A stretch of DNA of 43,820 nucleotides from Chrysochromulina tobinii (lineage: Eukaryota): assembly GCA_001275005.1 (NCBI GenBank), contig JWZX01002527.1, positions 1 to 43,820 of the forward strand, given 5' to 3'. Below, piece by piece: positions 10,401 to 20,817 of the stretch (the stretch's first letter is position 1; each line of letters opens with the position of its first letter). The notes under the pieces are model-generated. The model was not told the DNA's origin, did no database searches, and was given only the letters and a program-made list of their open reading frames with translations. The translations under genes and the position numbers were made by a program.

Positions 10401-12233
10401 AACAGGCAGGTCGCACGTGCGTGGCGCCACTGGACGAGATGCTTCGAGCGGCCGAAAGCAGCCGAGCGCCGTCTCGAGCTCCGGCTGCTCGCGTTGAGCT
10501 CCGGCAATCTGCGCCGCGCCTTGTGGAGGTGGATGCTGAGCACTTCGCACGAGCGCGGCATGGCGGCGGCGAGACAGCTCACGTCGCATAGGCGCCAGTC
10601 TGGTGTCGAGCGCGAGGTGCTGGCTGTTGAGCTGCAGGGTCTCGAGAGGCATCAGGCGCGCTTCCTTGTGATCGCGGGCGAGCTGCAGACTGCGGCGGCG
10701 GCCACGCATTACCAGGCATCCGCCGAGCAGAAGCGGCTTGCGCGCGCGCTCGACACAGCGCAGTCACAGGCGCAGCAGGCACGCGAGCACGCTCTCGCTC
10801 TGCAGACGGCGCTCGAGACGGCGCGAGCGGCCGCGGCGCACGCAGAGCAGCAGACACGCGCACACGAGGCGGCCGCTGAGCGCCTCCGAAAGGAGGTGAG
10901 TGAGCTGAGGACGGAGGCGTGCCAGGCCGACGAGGCGCATCGGCGCGCGGACGAGCTGCGGCTGGCAGCGCTCTCACAAGCGGAAGATGCACAGGAAGAG
11001 GCCGCCGAGGCGGTCGCGGCGGCCGAGGCGGCCGTGGCACAAGCGACAAGGAATGCGCGGGAAACCGAGGACCGGCGAGCCGCCGAGGTGGCGCACGCCA
11101 CCTGGGCGGCACAACAGGCGGAGGCGAAGCGGGCGGCGGAGGTGGCGGCAGCGCAGCGGGCGGCACAGCAGGCGGAGGCGAAGCGGGCGGCGGAAGTGGC
11201 GGCAGCGCAGCGGGCGGCACAACAGGCGGAGGCGAAGCGGGCGGCGGAGGTGGCGGCAGCGCAGCGGGCGGCACAACAGGCGGAGGCGGAATGGTCGGCG
11301 CGTCTCAAAGGGGCGGAGCTCGCGGAGGCGCAATGGGCGGCGCAGATTGCCGAGGCGACCCGGGCGGCGCAAGAGGCCGAGGCGAAGCGCGCGATCGAGG
11401 TAGCAGAGGCGCAGCGGGCGGCCATTCTCGCAGAACAGCAGCGCGCGATGGCGGAGGCGAAGCGGGCGGCGGAAGTGGCGGACGCGAAGCGGGCGGCACA
11501 ACAAGCGGAAGCGCAGGCACTACGGGCCGCGCAAACAGCGGAAGCGCAGGCGCAAGCGCTGCGGGCGGCGGAGGCGCAGGCGCAGGCGCTGAGGGCGGCG
11601 AAGGTGGCGGAGGCGCAGCGCGCAGCCAAGCAGGCCGAGTCGCTGCAGACCGATTGGTTGAGCATCGTCGAGGTCCCCTTGGGGAAACATGTCCCCTTCT
11701 CGAACCCCCCTCTCGTCCCCGCCCCCGAGCCACCGCCACCGCCATGCGCAGACAAGGCGCAGACGTTCGCGGATCGGGCCGCGGCCTCGACTGCCGCGGC
11801 TGCCGCGCCTCCGCCCTCTTACACCATGAAGCGTCCCGCGTCCCTCGCACTGGCCGTGGCTCCGGCATCCGCCCCCGCCGCCGCGCCGCCGTCGCAGTCG
11901 CTGATGCGCCCCACTGCCGCATCGCGCGGCTGGGACAATTCGCAGCTGCGCGCATCCCTCGAGTCCTGGGCCTCCGAGTCCATCCCTTTCAAGCCCCCGA
12001 GCAGTAAGACCCCAGCCTTCAGCAGCCCGCACTACCTTCATAAGCCGCTCGAGGACGTCAACATGGATCCCAAGGATCGCAAGCTGCTGCGCTGGCAGCG
12101 TGCCGCGGCGGCGGCCGCGCAGGAGACCACCCGTCCACACGCGCGACGGCCCGGGAGTCGAGGCGCCCCCCACCCAGAGGGAAGTCAGATCCGGCTGTCA
12201 GAGTCTCTGAGGGAATGTTGTCAGAGTCTCTGA
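7472..12233 (+). CDS. Large coiled-coil protein with W-rich Sfi1-like repeats (possible centrin-binding/centrosomal protein); exons 7472-8451 and 8528-12233
   Basis: A phase-2 GT-AG intron (8452-8527) joins the two long ORFs. Recurring RAWxxW motifs (RAWNTW, RAWVTW, MAWRSW, RAFSSW, RAWAHW, QAWRAW, RAWTTW, RAWRHW) lie between A/E/Q/R-rich coiled coils. Confidence 0.65.
8452..8527 (+). other. Spliceosomal intron (76 nt) whose 5' part duplicates the downstream exon start
   Basis: CG|GTGCGA...CTCAC...CCCCCCCCTCTTCCCCACAG|G; among the nearby candidate donors checked, only this one gives the required phase. Confidence 0.8.
11109..11290 (+). repeat. 54-nt coding tandem repeat (QQAEAKRAAEVAAAQRAA) x3, with degenerate copies downstream
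   Basis: Visible in both DNA and protein. Confidence 0.9.
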
Positions 12234-13393
12234 GAGAAGACAGATGATCGGCGGGCGTAGAGAAGGGACGCGTGACGCGCGACTTCCCCGCTTCCGCTCA
12301 ACCTGAACCGGTGAACCGCACAACCGCTCAGGGCTGCCTCGAGCCCTGATCCCTGAAGGTGAAGCCTTCAGGCACCTGAAGCATGGCGTGCATGCCCATG
12401 CGCTGAACCCGCCCGTGGAGCTAGAATTACTTAATGTACGGTTAGCTGCCGACGGACTTCCCCCGGGGCGGCCCGGGCGCGCGCCGCGCGGGCCGCGGTC
12501 GGGCCCGCGGTCGGGTCCGCGTCCGGTAAGCGCTTAAAGTTAAACTTCCTTATATGTTATAACTTAGCGTTAGCTTAAATTCGAATTCAAAATTGAATTT
12601 ATAAATGTTTCGGATTGCACGCCGCCTCCATGGAAACCATGCTCCCGCGCGAGTTGGAGTTCGCGCCGAGTATCTATGTACTATGTTGCACAGCCGCACC
12701 GAGATCATGATATATCGAATGATATAAATCTCACCTGAGTCCTGACGGTGTCTGTCGAAGCTCGAGCCTCCTCGGCGCGCGCTTCGAACATCTCCGCCAC
12801 GGCTTCGATGGCGGCGCGCGCGGACCAATCGCGCGGCCTCACCGAGGCCTAGCCGTACTAGGCCACACTCACACGGGAGCACACGTGTCGAACGTGTGCT
12901 ACTACCGTTGATGCGAAGTCCTCCGAACTTGATGAGGGATCTCATCTGCCATGGTTCGCACGAGCACTGGTGTGCCGTGCGGCCTCGCTACAAGCGAGCC
13001 GCGCGCACACGTGCCGGCGTTAAGGGCGGCTCAATCTCGCGTAAATCTCGCCGTAAATCTCGCCTGATGACTCATCGGCCGCCTGCCCTGCCCACGCATG
13101 CATCGAAGCCGCCACCGCTTGGCAGCCACGTACACGCGTCGTCATGAGCGTCTCGCGTCCACGCGTCGTCATGAGCGTCCACGTGCACATGCCGTCCACG
13201 CACACAGTTGTAGATTGGGATTCGGCTGCTGCTGCTGCGCGCGAGGGTCGCAGCGGCCCCAGCCGTCCGTATGCATAGCTATACATCCTTGCCCTGCCGC
13301 GTCCGTACTCACGTGACCCGAACTTTACATCCCTGCCGAAGGTGTCGGCCGGCAAGCTAGGCCCACGTCGTCACGGCGCGGCTCAGGGCAAGC

Positions 13394-14179
13394 TCAGGGC
13401 AAGTCGAGCGTCGAGACGGGCGAGATGCATGCTGTCGATGGGGCGAGGACAGTTGATCCGATAGGTACAGTCGAGGTCGCTAGAACGACCTTGCTGCCGA
13501 CGCTCAAGACGACGCTCGAACACGTGTTCGCTTCGGGTCTCGAGAGCTTCTGCTCAAACGGCACGCTGATCGTTCGGACGCGCGGCTGAGCCCAAGACAC
13601 CTCGCGCTCGACCGAATGCGACGGTGAGCTCCCAGCGGGCGCAGCCGTCGTGGGCGCCAGCACCGCCACAGGCGATGGCGCTGAGACCGAAAGTGCACTG
13701 GGCGCCTCGATGGCAACGGCCCAATCGAAGAGTTCGGAGCCCGTGAAGCAGACGTTCTCGTCGTCGAGCAGCGTGCTGACGCGGTTCGCGCGCACCGACG
13801 CGATCGAGCCCACGCTGGGCGTCTCGATCAGATCGTTTGCCGCATGCATGTCCCTTGACGGGATGAGTGGCGGCACGCCCACTCCGGTCGTGAGACAGAC
13901 AAGGGACCAGTTGGCGTCCGCGGTGGTCTGGTCGACGTCAGGTAGTCCCGGGGCGTGCAGCGCCGCCGTGAGCCGCCAGATCAGCTCGTCCTGCTCATAC
14001 TGCTCTGTTGCCGCCGCGAGACGCTTTGCAATCTGGCAGATGAGTGCTGTCCTCGCAGGCGCGCGCGCGCGTTTGAAGCCCGGGGCGTTAGTGGGCGAGC
14101 GCGACAGCTTGGTCGTCTTTGCGCGGCGCTGCCGAACGCGCGTGATTGCGCGCGGGCCATTGCCCTGCGAGGAGGTCAT
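13394..14179 (-). CDS. Hypothetical protein (orphan, ~261 aa from the first ATG)
   Basis: Long ORF with a basic N-terminus and S/T/V-rich C-terminus; no family recognised. Confidence 0.4.
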   Translation of the reverse strand: MTSSQGNGPRAITRVRQRRAKTTKLSRSPTNAPGFKRARAPARTALICQIAKRLAAATEQYEQDELIWRLTAALHAPGLPDVDQTTADANWSLVCLTTGVGVPPLIPSRDMHAANDLIETPSVGSIASVRANRVSTLLDDENVCFTGSELFDWAVAIEAPSALSVSAPSPVAVLAPTTAAPAGSSPSHSVEREVSWAQPRVRTISVPFEQKLSRPEANTCSSVVLSVGSKVVLATSTVPIGSTVLAPSTACISPVSTLDLP

Positions 14180-14875
14180 TTTTGCTTGCGCCAAATGCTT
14201 GCGCCGAATTACCTGCCGAAGGCAAGGCAGGGTGGAGCACAATGGAGCGCCGCGGGTGAGCTCGTTGGGCGGGCCGAGTTGCGGGTGAATCGAGGTGCGC
14301 GCCGCCGACGGCCGATTCTTTGGGGTGCCAGCCCGAATTGCTGCTCGGCAGGTACCCTTTGGTGTCGTTCGAGCTGCTCGAAGGAGACGGTGGCCAATCT
14401 GAAACAGTTGCGCCCCTGTATGTTTGGGTACATCTTCGGGCACGTCAAGTTTAGTCGATCCCCGAAAATTAACGCATCCTCGAAGGGCGACTGAGTTGTG
14501 GGGACCGGACTGGCAGTGGTCGAGGGGCGAGCGCGAGTCGAGCTGAAGCTAGCGCGAGTGCGTCGCCGGGGGCCGGGTGTAATTTATCGGGGCACTCTCT
14601 GAAAACTCTGTCTCTCTCGCGCGCCAAAAAGCAAAATTACGCGGCGACAGACTGCATGTATACTCAAACAACCTGTGAACCAAGAGCCACTGTGAACCAT
14701 GATACCATAGATTCTAGTCTTCGAGGAAAAGGTCAGCGTCACAGATTCTCTCAAGATATATCTCGCGTATATCTCGCTCCGCGTGGTCGCTCTGCTCAGA
14801 CACCTGGCTCCTGCGAGGTCGAATGCCTGCGAGGTCCCCTGGGATGGTCGGCTCCGCTCGCCGCTCGTCTCGTGG

Positions 14876-16296
14876 CTACTTGCCCCAGGCGGCGAAGAGC
14901 TGCGCGTCCTTTTCGGGGTCGAGGAGCGGCCCCTGCTCCTCGGCCGAATTAGGGTAGTCGGTACTCGTGGGCGAGCGCTCCTTGGAGAAGTTGCACACGT
15001 CGGCCCCCCCCGTTGCCGTGCGTGCTTGCGTGAGTCTCGGCACACCATCGCCAGTTGGCTTCTCATCGCCCTTGTCGTCCTTCTTATACGAGCCGAGAGG
15101 ATCGCCGTTGGGGTGCGCGAGCATCTTCTCAGACGGGAGCTGCTTATTGTACAGCGCGGCCCAGTTGAGGCCGCGGAACCACTTGTGCTTCTTAATGTCC
15201 TCTGCGCCGTTTTTGGACGATCCGATCCGCTTCGACTTATCGCGCACGAGAAGCTTCTTAACGAGGTCCTTGCTGTGCACGTCGAAGTGAGCGGGCACGA
15301 CGAGCTCGTCCTTCTTCTGGATCTGCGCGTAAATCTCGATCTTCTTCTCGCTAAAGAAGGGCGGGTACCCTCCGAGCATCTCGTGCAACACGATGCCGAG
15401 CGCCCACCAATCGACCTCCTTCGAGTGCCCTCTGCTGCTGACCATCTCGGGCGCCATGTACTCGGCCTCGCCAACGACGGACCACGTGCGCGCGCTCGGG
15501 TCGTCCAAGTTGATCGCCTTCGCGTGCGAAAAGTCGACGAGCTTGATGTAGTTCATCCGGTCGAGCCACACACTCTGCGGGCTCAGATTGCGGAAGATGA
15601 CATGCTCAGAATGCAAAAACTGCATCGCCATCACGATCTGTGCCAAAAGGAAGCGTGCCGTGTCGTTGGGCAGCTGGCTGTTCCTTTGGATGAAGTCGTT
15701 GAGAGTGCCGTGCTGCACGAACTCGGTGATCAGGTACAGATTACGCTCGTCCTGGAAGCGGTGGTACAGCGTCACGATGAAAGGGTAGCTGAGCCGCGAG
15801 AGGATGTCCGCCTCGTTCTTGACGTGGTCCGCCTCCTGTGAGCGCGCGGGGCGGCAGCAGGGTGGGCGGGTGAGCGATCGCGACTCGGCGCGCGCAGGGT
15901 GGCCAGCGTGCGAGTAGCGCGTGTGTATGCGCGCGCGCCGCGCCGGCGCACCTTCAGCCGTGCCACCTCTGACTTCTTCATGACCTTGAGCGCAAAAATG
16001 CCGAGCCCTAGCTCGGGCGGGTCGCTGATCGTCGGCTCGCGGTTGAGGGCGAGGTAGTCCTCCGAGCCCGGAAGCTCCCTCTGCACAAAGGATTGGAGCT
16101 TCTTCATCTCGATTAGCCGCGTGCGCGAGTGCATGCCGACCGCGATGCATTCTGTCCGCATAGTCATCAGGTCTTGTGCGGCGACGCGCTTGCCGCCATC
16201 GTCGTGCTCCCGCCCGAAGAACTCGTGCACCTTGGCCCGCACGTCCTCTATCGTCACTTCATCCTGCTTTGACTTTTTCGGAGATCCCTGAGTCAT
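14876..16296 (-). CDS. PKA catalytic-subunit-like AGC kinase, probable pseudokinase; exons 16296-15952 and 15835-14876
   Basis: FALKVMKKSEVARLK|EADHVKNE, EYMAPE, GHSKEVDWWALG, GYPPFF, KRIGSSKNGAEDIKKHKWF are PKA-C-like. GT-AG intron 15836-15951. Catalytic loop is FRNLSPQS; DFG is DFS. Confidence 0.8.
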
Positions 16297-16560
16297 GGTC
16301 GCCCCTCCAGCCGAGAGGCAGTCCCAAGACGGGTCCGCAACGACGCCTGACAAACTTCAGGGAACTTGTAGGACGTGAAACTGGTGTGAATAAGTCAAAA
16401 GGAACTTATTTCGAGGTCGAAAGCCCTGAATAAGTCAAACGGGTCGAATTGATGTGAAACGGATGTGAAACTGGTGTGAATCAGTTTCGAGCTTTCGACC
16501 ACGTTCTGGAACAGGTAAACCCCAGCGTGTGCAAAAACACAGGTCACAGCATCGAGGCCG

Positions 16561-17532
16561 TCACTGACGGGCCATCGTTAGCAAGCGTTGCAACGCTTCC
16601 GTGCCAGTGAAGCACGCCGCGTCGCCTGTCAGTCCGCCGATGACGCTTGTAATGAAGCCTGCATAGAGCCCTCGCCAGCCCGAGGCATGGATGATCGCTC
16701 TGAAGGTCGTGCGGTAGCTTGCTGAGTCGTTCGTCTGGAAGGCGGTCTTGATTGTGTCCATCGGCATGCCGACGGCCCACGTGGCGGCACCTGCGAGCCC
16801 GCCCGCCACTAGACTCGCTCCCGGACTGAGCGGCACCGATCCATCAAGCACGGCGTCGGACGACGAGAGCACTCGCTTGGCGGCCGAGAAGGTCACAAAG
16901 TAGATGGACCACGCAGGTACATCGCGAGCTAGCGTGATCCAGAAGCCGCGATACAGGCTCGTCAGGCCACCGGAACGCCACAACTTCTGCACCGCGTCAA
17001 TCACCGATCGGTATTCGGCCGGTAGCCCTGCTGAGAGCCGCCGACCGTCAGCCTGCAACGCAATCTTGACGCGGTCGATCGGCGTGTACAGGAAGGTGGT
17101 CGGTAGTGCAACCAGAGCCCCGGCGACAGCGGTGTCGCGCAGGTCGCCTCTAGGCCGACCAGAGAGCTGCTGCACGCCGTGCCTGAAGCCGTCGTAGGAT
17201 CCCATGACAACGGCGTAGAGCGGCATGGCGGTGACAAGAGGTGGGGTGATACCACGCCAGAACCCTCTGAGCCCCTCGGCGCGGACTATATTGCGAATGA
17301 CTTGAGGAGCGTTGAGCGGTACCGCCTCGGGCTGTCTTGACAGTTGAAGACGCATCTTGATCACGTCAAACGGTGATTGAACCAGTGTTAGGCAGAACCC
17401 ACCAAAGCCGCCCGCCAGAAAGAGGTCGAGATCAGAGGCGTAACCGGCGACAGCTGGTTGGCTCGCGTCGTGTCTATGCACGCCTTCGCCGCTCCTCGCA
17501 CCGCGTTCCGCACTCGCGGCATCTGCTCGCAT
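16561..17532 (-). CDS. Mitochondrial carrier family (SLC25) protein, carnitine/acylcarnitine or basic amino acid carrier-like
   Basis: Three Px[D/E]xxKxxxQ motifs (PFDVIKMRLQ, PIDRVKIALQ, PMDTIKTAFQ), with GFWRG, SLYRG, GLYAG and ARDVP. Confidence 0.9.
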   Translation of the reverse strand: MRADAASAERGARSGEGVHRHDASQPAVAGYASDLDLFLAGGFGGFCLTLVQSPFDVIKMRLQLSRQPEAVPLNAPQVIRNIVRAEGLRGFWRGITPPLVTAMPLYAVVMGSYDGFRHGVQQLSGRPRGDLRDTAVAGALVALPTTFLYTPIDRVKIALQADGRRLSAGLPAEYRSVIDAVQKLWRSGGLTSLYRGFWITLARDVPAWSIYFVTFSAAKRVLSSSDAVLDGSVPLSPGASLVAGGLAGAATWAVGMPMDTIKTAFQTNDSASYRTTFRAIIHASGWRGLYAGFITSVIGGLTGDAACFTGTEALQRLLTMARQ

Positions 17533-17772
17533 GTTTGGCCCACGAGACACTCCCTTTTTGGGTATCGGTACCGGTAAAAAGACACCGGGGGGAGCCGGGA
17601 CACACACGGGACACACGGGACACGCGGACGCACAAAGGCACACAGACCACGGTACCGGTGCCGGTAGATCTTTGGCTTATCGCCCGGGGTGTGAACGTTT
17701 ACATGCACGTGACACACGCGACAACCGGTCCGGCGCTCCCGTAACCATACGTCGGAAAGGGGTGGGGGAGTG

Positions 17773-18645
17773 AGTGCACGCGCTCACGCGTGCGTTGCCT
17801 TGGGCCGGTGTGTGGCCTTCGGTCGGCCGAAGATGAGCGTCTGGGGACACGCTGGTGCCGGTAGCCCCTCTTCCAAAGTCGCATGCATTTCATTCCTCAC
17901 ATCCCTTTTTTGGAACCTATTTGATGGATCGGTTTCGATTTTTCTGTTTCAGACGCCGTCGGCGTCACCACGGCGTCACCTTTGTCTGCACCACCACGCA
18001 CGTGCCCACGCACGGCAACGCGCTTGTAGGCGACCGGAGCGGTGCGAGCACGTCCGTGCCCACCGTCGACGAGCACGGCGACGCGCTCGATCACGGCGCC
18101 GAGCGTCGCCTTCCCCACGCCCGTCCCATGACTGCTGACGCGAGCACGCTCGTTTCCACGTGATCTGGTTTCAAGACGTCCAGATGACGGCGAGCGGGAC
18201 GTTCGAGCCGGAAGGAGCGGCTCCCTAACTTCGGCGTGCGGTGACTCTCCCTGGAATCGCCGCGGCTCTGCGGTCGGCGCATCGGGCCGTGTTCATGAGG
18301 CTTCTGTCAAGCTGTGACAGGTGCTCCAGGCACTGGACGACCATTCAGTTGATGGACGCTCCAATTGTTGAGTGGCAAAGGCCGGAGCACGATCCACGAA
18401 ACATCCAGCCGAGCTCGCCCGTGGCTGCGCAAGCATCTGAGCCACGCACGTCTAGCTGCGGTAGCCGGCTTCCAATAGCAAACCGTGAGTATAACTGTGG
18501 TACTGTGAGGGACTCTACACATAGCTTGTTGAGGGGTGGGGGAGTAAGTGCAAGTCAAGTCTATACATAAACAACAGACAACCATACTTACTTGACTTGA
18601 CTAAGTGCACGCGCTCACGCGTGCGTTGCCTTGGGCCGGTGTGTG
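17773..18645. repeat. Dispersed 42-nt direct repeat (17773-17814 and 18604-18645), each preceded by GGGGTGGGGGAG; the second copy is interrupted by an insertion
   Basis: AGTGCACGCGCTCACGCGTGCGTTGCCTTGGGCCGGTGTGTG is present twice. Confidence 0.9.
18553..18601. mobile_element. 49-nt insertion with CAAGT/ACTTG inverted ends flanked by the 8-bp direct repeat TAAGTGCA
   Basis: Comparison with the uninterrupted paralogous site at ~17759-17780; direct repeats at 18545-18552 and 18602-18609. Confidence 0.55.
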
Positions 18646-19475
18646 CTCCGGGACCAAACATGATATAAGCACCGTCTCAAAGGACGCGGCTCCGCACCCC
18701 CAACACAACACCACCTCACCGTCTCGACGGACGGCTCCGCTCCCCTCGTCTCGACGGACGGCACCGTCTCGCCGGACGGCTCCGCTCCCCTCGGTCAACA
18801 CAAGTACATCCCCTGGTGTGTAAACCACCGTAACTCACCGACCTGGTGGGAGGCTGGGAACTGAGGTGTGTGTTTCGATTGCCAGCATTACAGATTCGTC
18901 TCATTATGTACATGTAGAACAATGTCACTATTTTACCAGACCATACATTACACCCTCGTGCTCTGCGCACGAGTACAACCACTGGGAAGACGACGATTAC
19001 AACCGCTACCTGAACGACCTCTTCTGGGACGACATGTTCGATACGGCACCCGACCATGGATGCGTGAGGCGTGATCCGTGAAGCCTGCTGCCCATCGTGC
19101 TTCGTGGGCGCGGCCGAGAACTAGCGGCCGAGCCCGGGTGCGGCGGGGCCTGGGGACGAGGGTGGGGCCCGATGAGCGAGCGCGGCGCGCGGCACGCGGC
19201 GCGCAGCGCGGCGGGCGGGCTGTGGGGGGCTTGGGCCGAAGATGGTGGCGAGACAGACTTTGAGGTCACGCACTGTCACTGAGTCCACCGACGTCGTGAC
19301 CGGGGGCCATGCACCTTTCCATGCTTACATGTACTGCGTGTGCCTGGAAGGCAAGGGAGCGCGGTGTGTGGCAAATTTCGAAAAATTTCGGCGCCGGCGG
19401 CGCCGAGCTGGCAAATTTTTCTCTCTTCGCGGCTGGAATCCCCAATTCGATTTGTGGCGTTTGGGTTGTCACGAT

Positions 19476-19588
19476 CCGCAGATTCCGCTGATGAGAAACC
19501 CAGTCGTGTAGTTTCTCATCAGTAGTTTATCTGAAGTTTCATTGGATTCCGCTGATGAGATCCAGGTTATTCATTGGTTAATCTGCGG
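19476..19588. mobile_element. Putative 113-nt MITE: 9-bp TIR CCGCAGATT/AATCTGCGG with 6-bp TSD CACGAT
   Basis: CACGAT at 19470-19475 and 19589-19594; internal 12-bp hairpin (19488-19522) and 16-nt internal direct repeat. Confidence 0.65.
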
Positions 19589-20250
19589 CACGATTCTCAA
19601 CTCGGTCGGCTACCCTCTGCTTCTAGTCGGCCCCCTGCCTCGGAGGTCCTCGGCAAAACGGCACGCCGACTCGCTGTTCCACGACCAGCATGAACCATCC
19701 CTATCAGCTCGGTGAGGCCTATCCCGTCCACTGCGACACGACCATGCCGTCCGCAAGGCTCCTTCGCCCCATCGCAAGGCAAAGCTCCGTGCGCGCGGTC
19801 GAGCCGGAGGTGCTCCTGCAACCTCCCTTCGAGAAGATCGAGGAGCACCACCAGCCGCAGCCGCTCGAGCATTCGCTTCCGACCGTCGGTAGCTGTGTCC
19901 AGATCTTGGTCTGGGATCCACAATGTGCCCCGGCCTCATTGGCCAGTCCTGAATTGTCCTTCTGCGTGGCTCCTCGTCTCAGACCAACGACAGGCGTGCG
20001 CACTTTGAATGCACGCGACCAATGCGCCGCTCCCCATACTAGACCTCGGGCGTCCTAGATCGAGGAACGAATCACAATCACAATCACAATCGCATGCATA
20101 TCGCATATTCACAATAAGTATAGATGTACGGTTCAAGCAGAACGCTCTGGGTCGCGTGTCAGTGGGGCCGCTGAGAGCGCTGTCGCCGGCTGAGCGTGTA
20201 GCATGCATGAATGCAGCCCCGTGTGCCGTGTTTGCGCGTGTAGCTGATTA

Positions 20251-20462
20251 TCTGATAGATTTATAACTCAGACCGCGCTAAAATATACAAGTCTCTCCTT
20301 GCGTTGGAACGGGCGGGCGGGGCCTCGCCGCCGCCCATACCGCCGCCGGGTGCGGGGTGGGCGGTGCGGGCCCACGTGGGCCCGACGTGGCAGCGGCCAG
20401 CGCCCCGCCAGCGGGGCCGGCCCCGGGGCGCCGGGAGCCGGGACCCCGGCGCAGCCGACTAG
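20251..20462 (+). mobile_element. Possible non-autonomous Helitron-like element
   Basis: A|TC start with an AT-rich head; GC hairpin GCCGGGACCCCGGC (20437-20450) 8 nt before CTAG|T. Confidence 0.35.
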
Positions 20463-20817
20463 TGCCTATGGTGTATGGACTAACGGGAGCCGACCACAGG
20501 GGGCCGCAGCGTGAGCGTTCGCGGGGCAGACTAAGTAGAATCGCATCCCCTCCGCTCTAGCCGCGCAGAGACACTCGCGGTACACGGGCACATGCTTGCA
20601 CATGCCGGAGCGAGGACACCGCCCGGGCGGCCACGATCCTTTTGGATCGAATCGATATTCCGACCTCTCGGATGCTACGGAAGATTAATGGAAGTCCACT
20701 TCAGTCGTCACGCGCTCACGCCTCACGCGTGCGGTGTGGGGCTCCTCATCTTCAGCCATCTTCAAGTCTCAAGTTCAACCCTTGGTTTCTTGCTCCTTCG
20801 GCAGCACGCGCATCCGC

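Noticed and set aside
14783..15841. 352-aa plus-strand ORF
   Set aside because: Antisense to the PKA-like gene; no independent motifs.
19488..19560. CTGATGA...GAAAC as a hammerhead ribozyme core
   Set aside because: There is no stem II between CUGAUGA and GAAA and no compatible stems I/III; the motif pairs with its own reverse complement and is better explained as MITE internal repeats.
17770..20208. Many short ORFs (e.g. 18866..19081, 19690..20058) as genes
   Set aside because: No recognisable domains or consistent splice structure; the region is rich in small repeats and insertions. 19690-19930 has coding-like codons and could be a gene fragment, but this cannot be supported.
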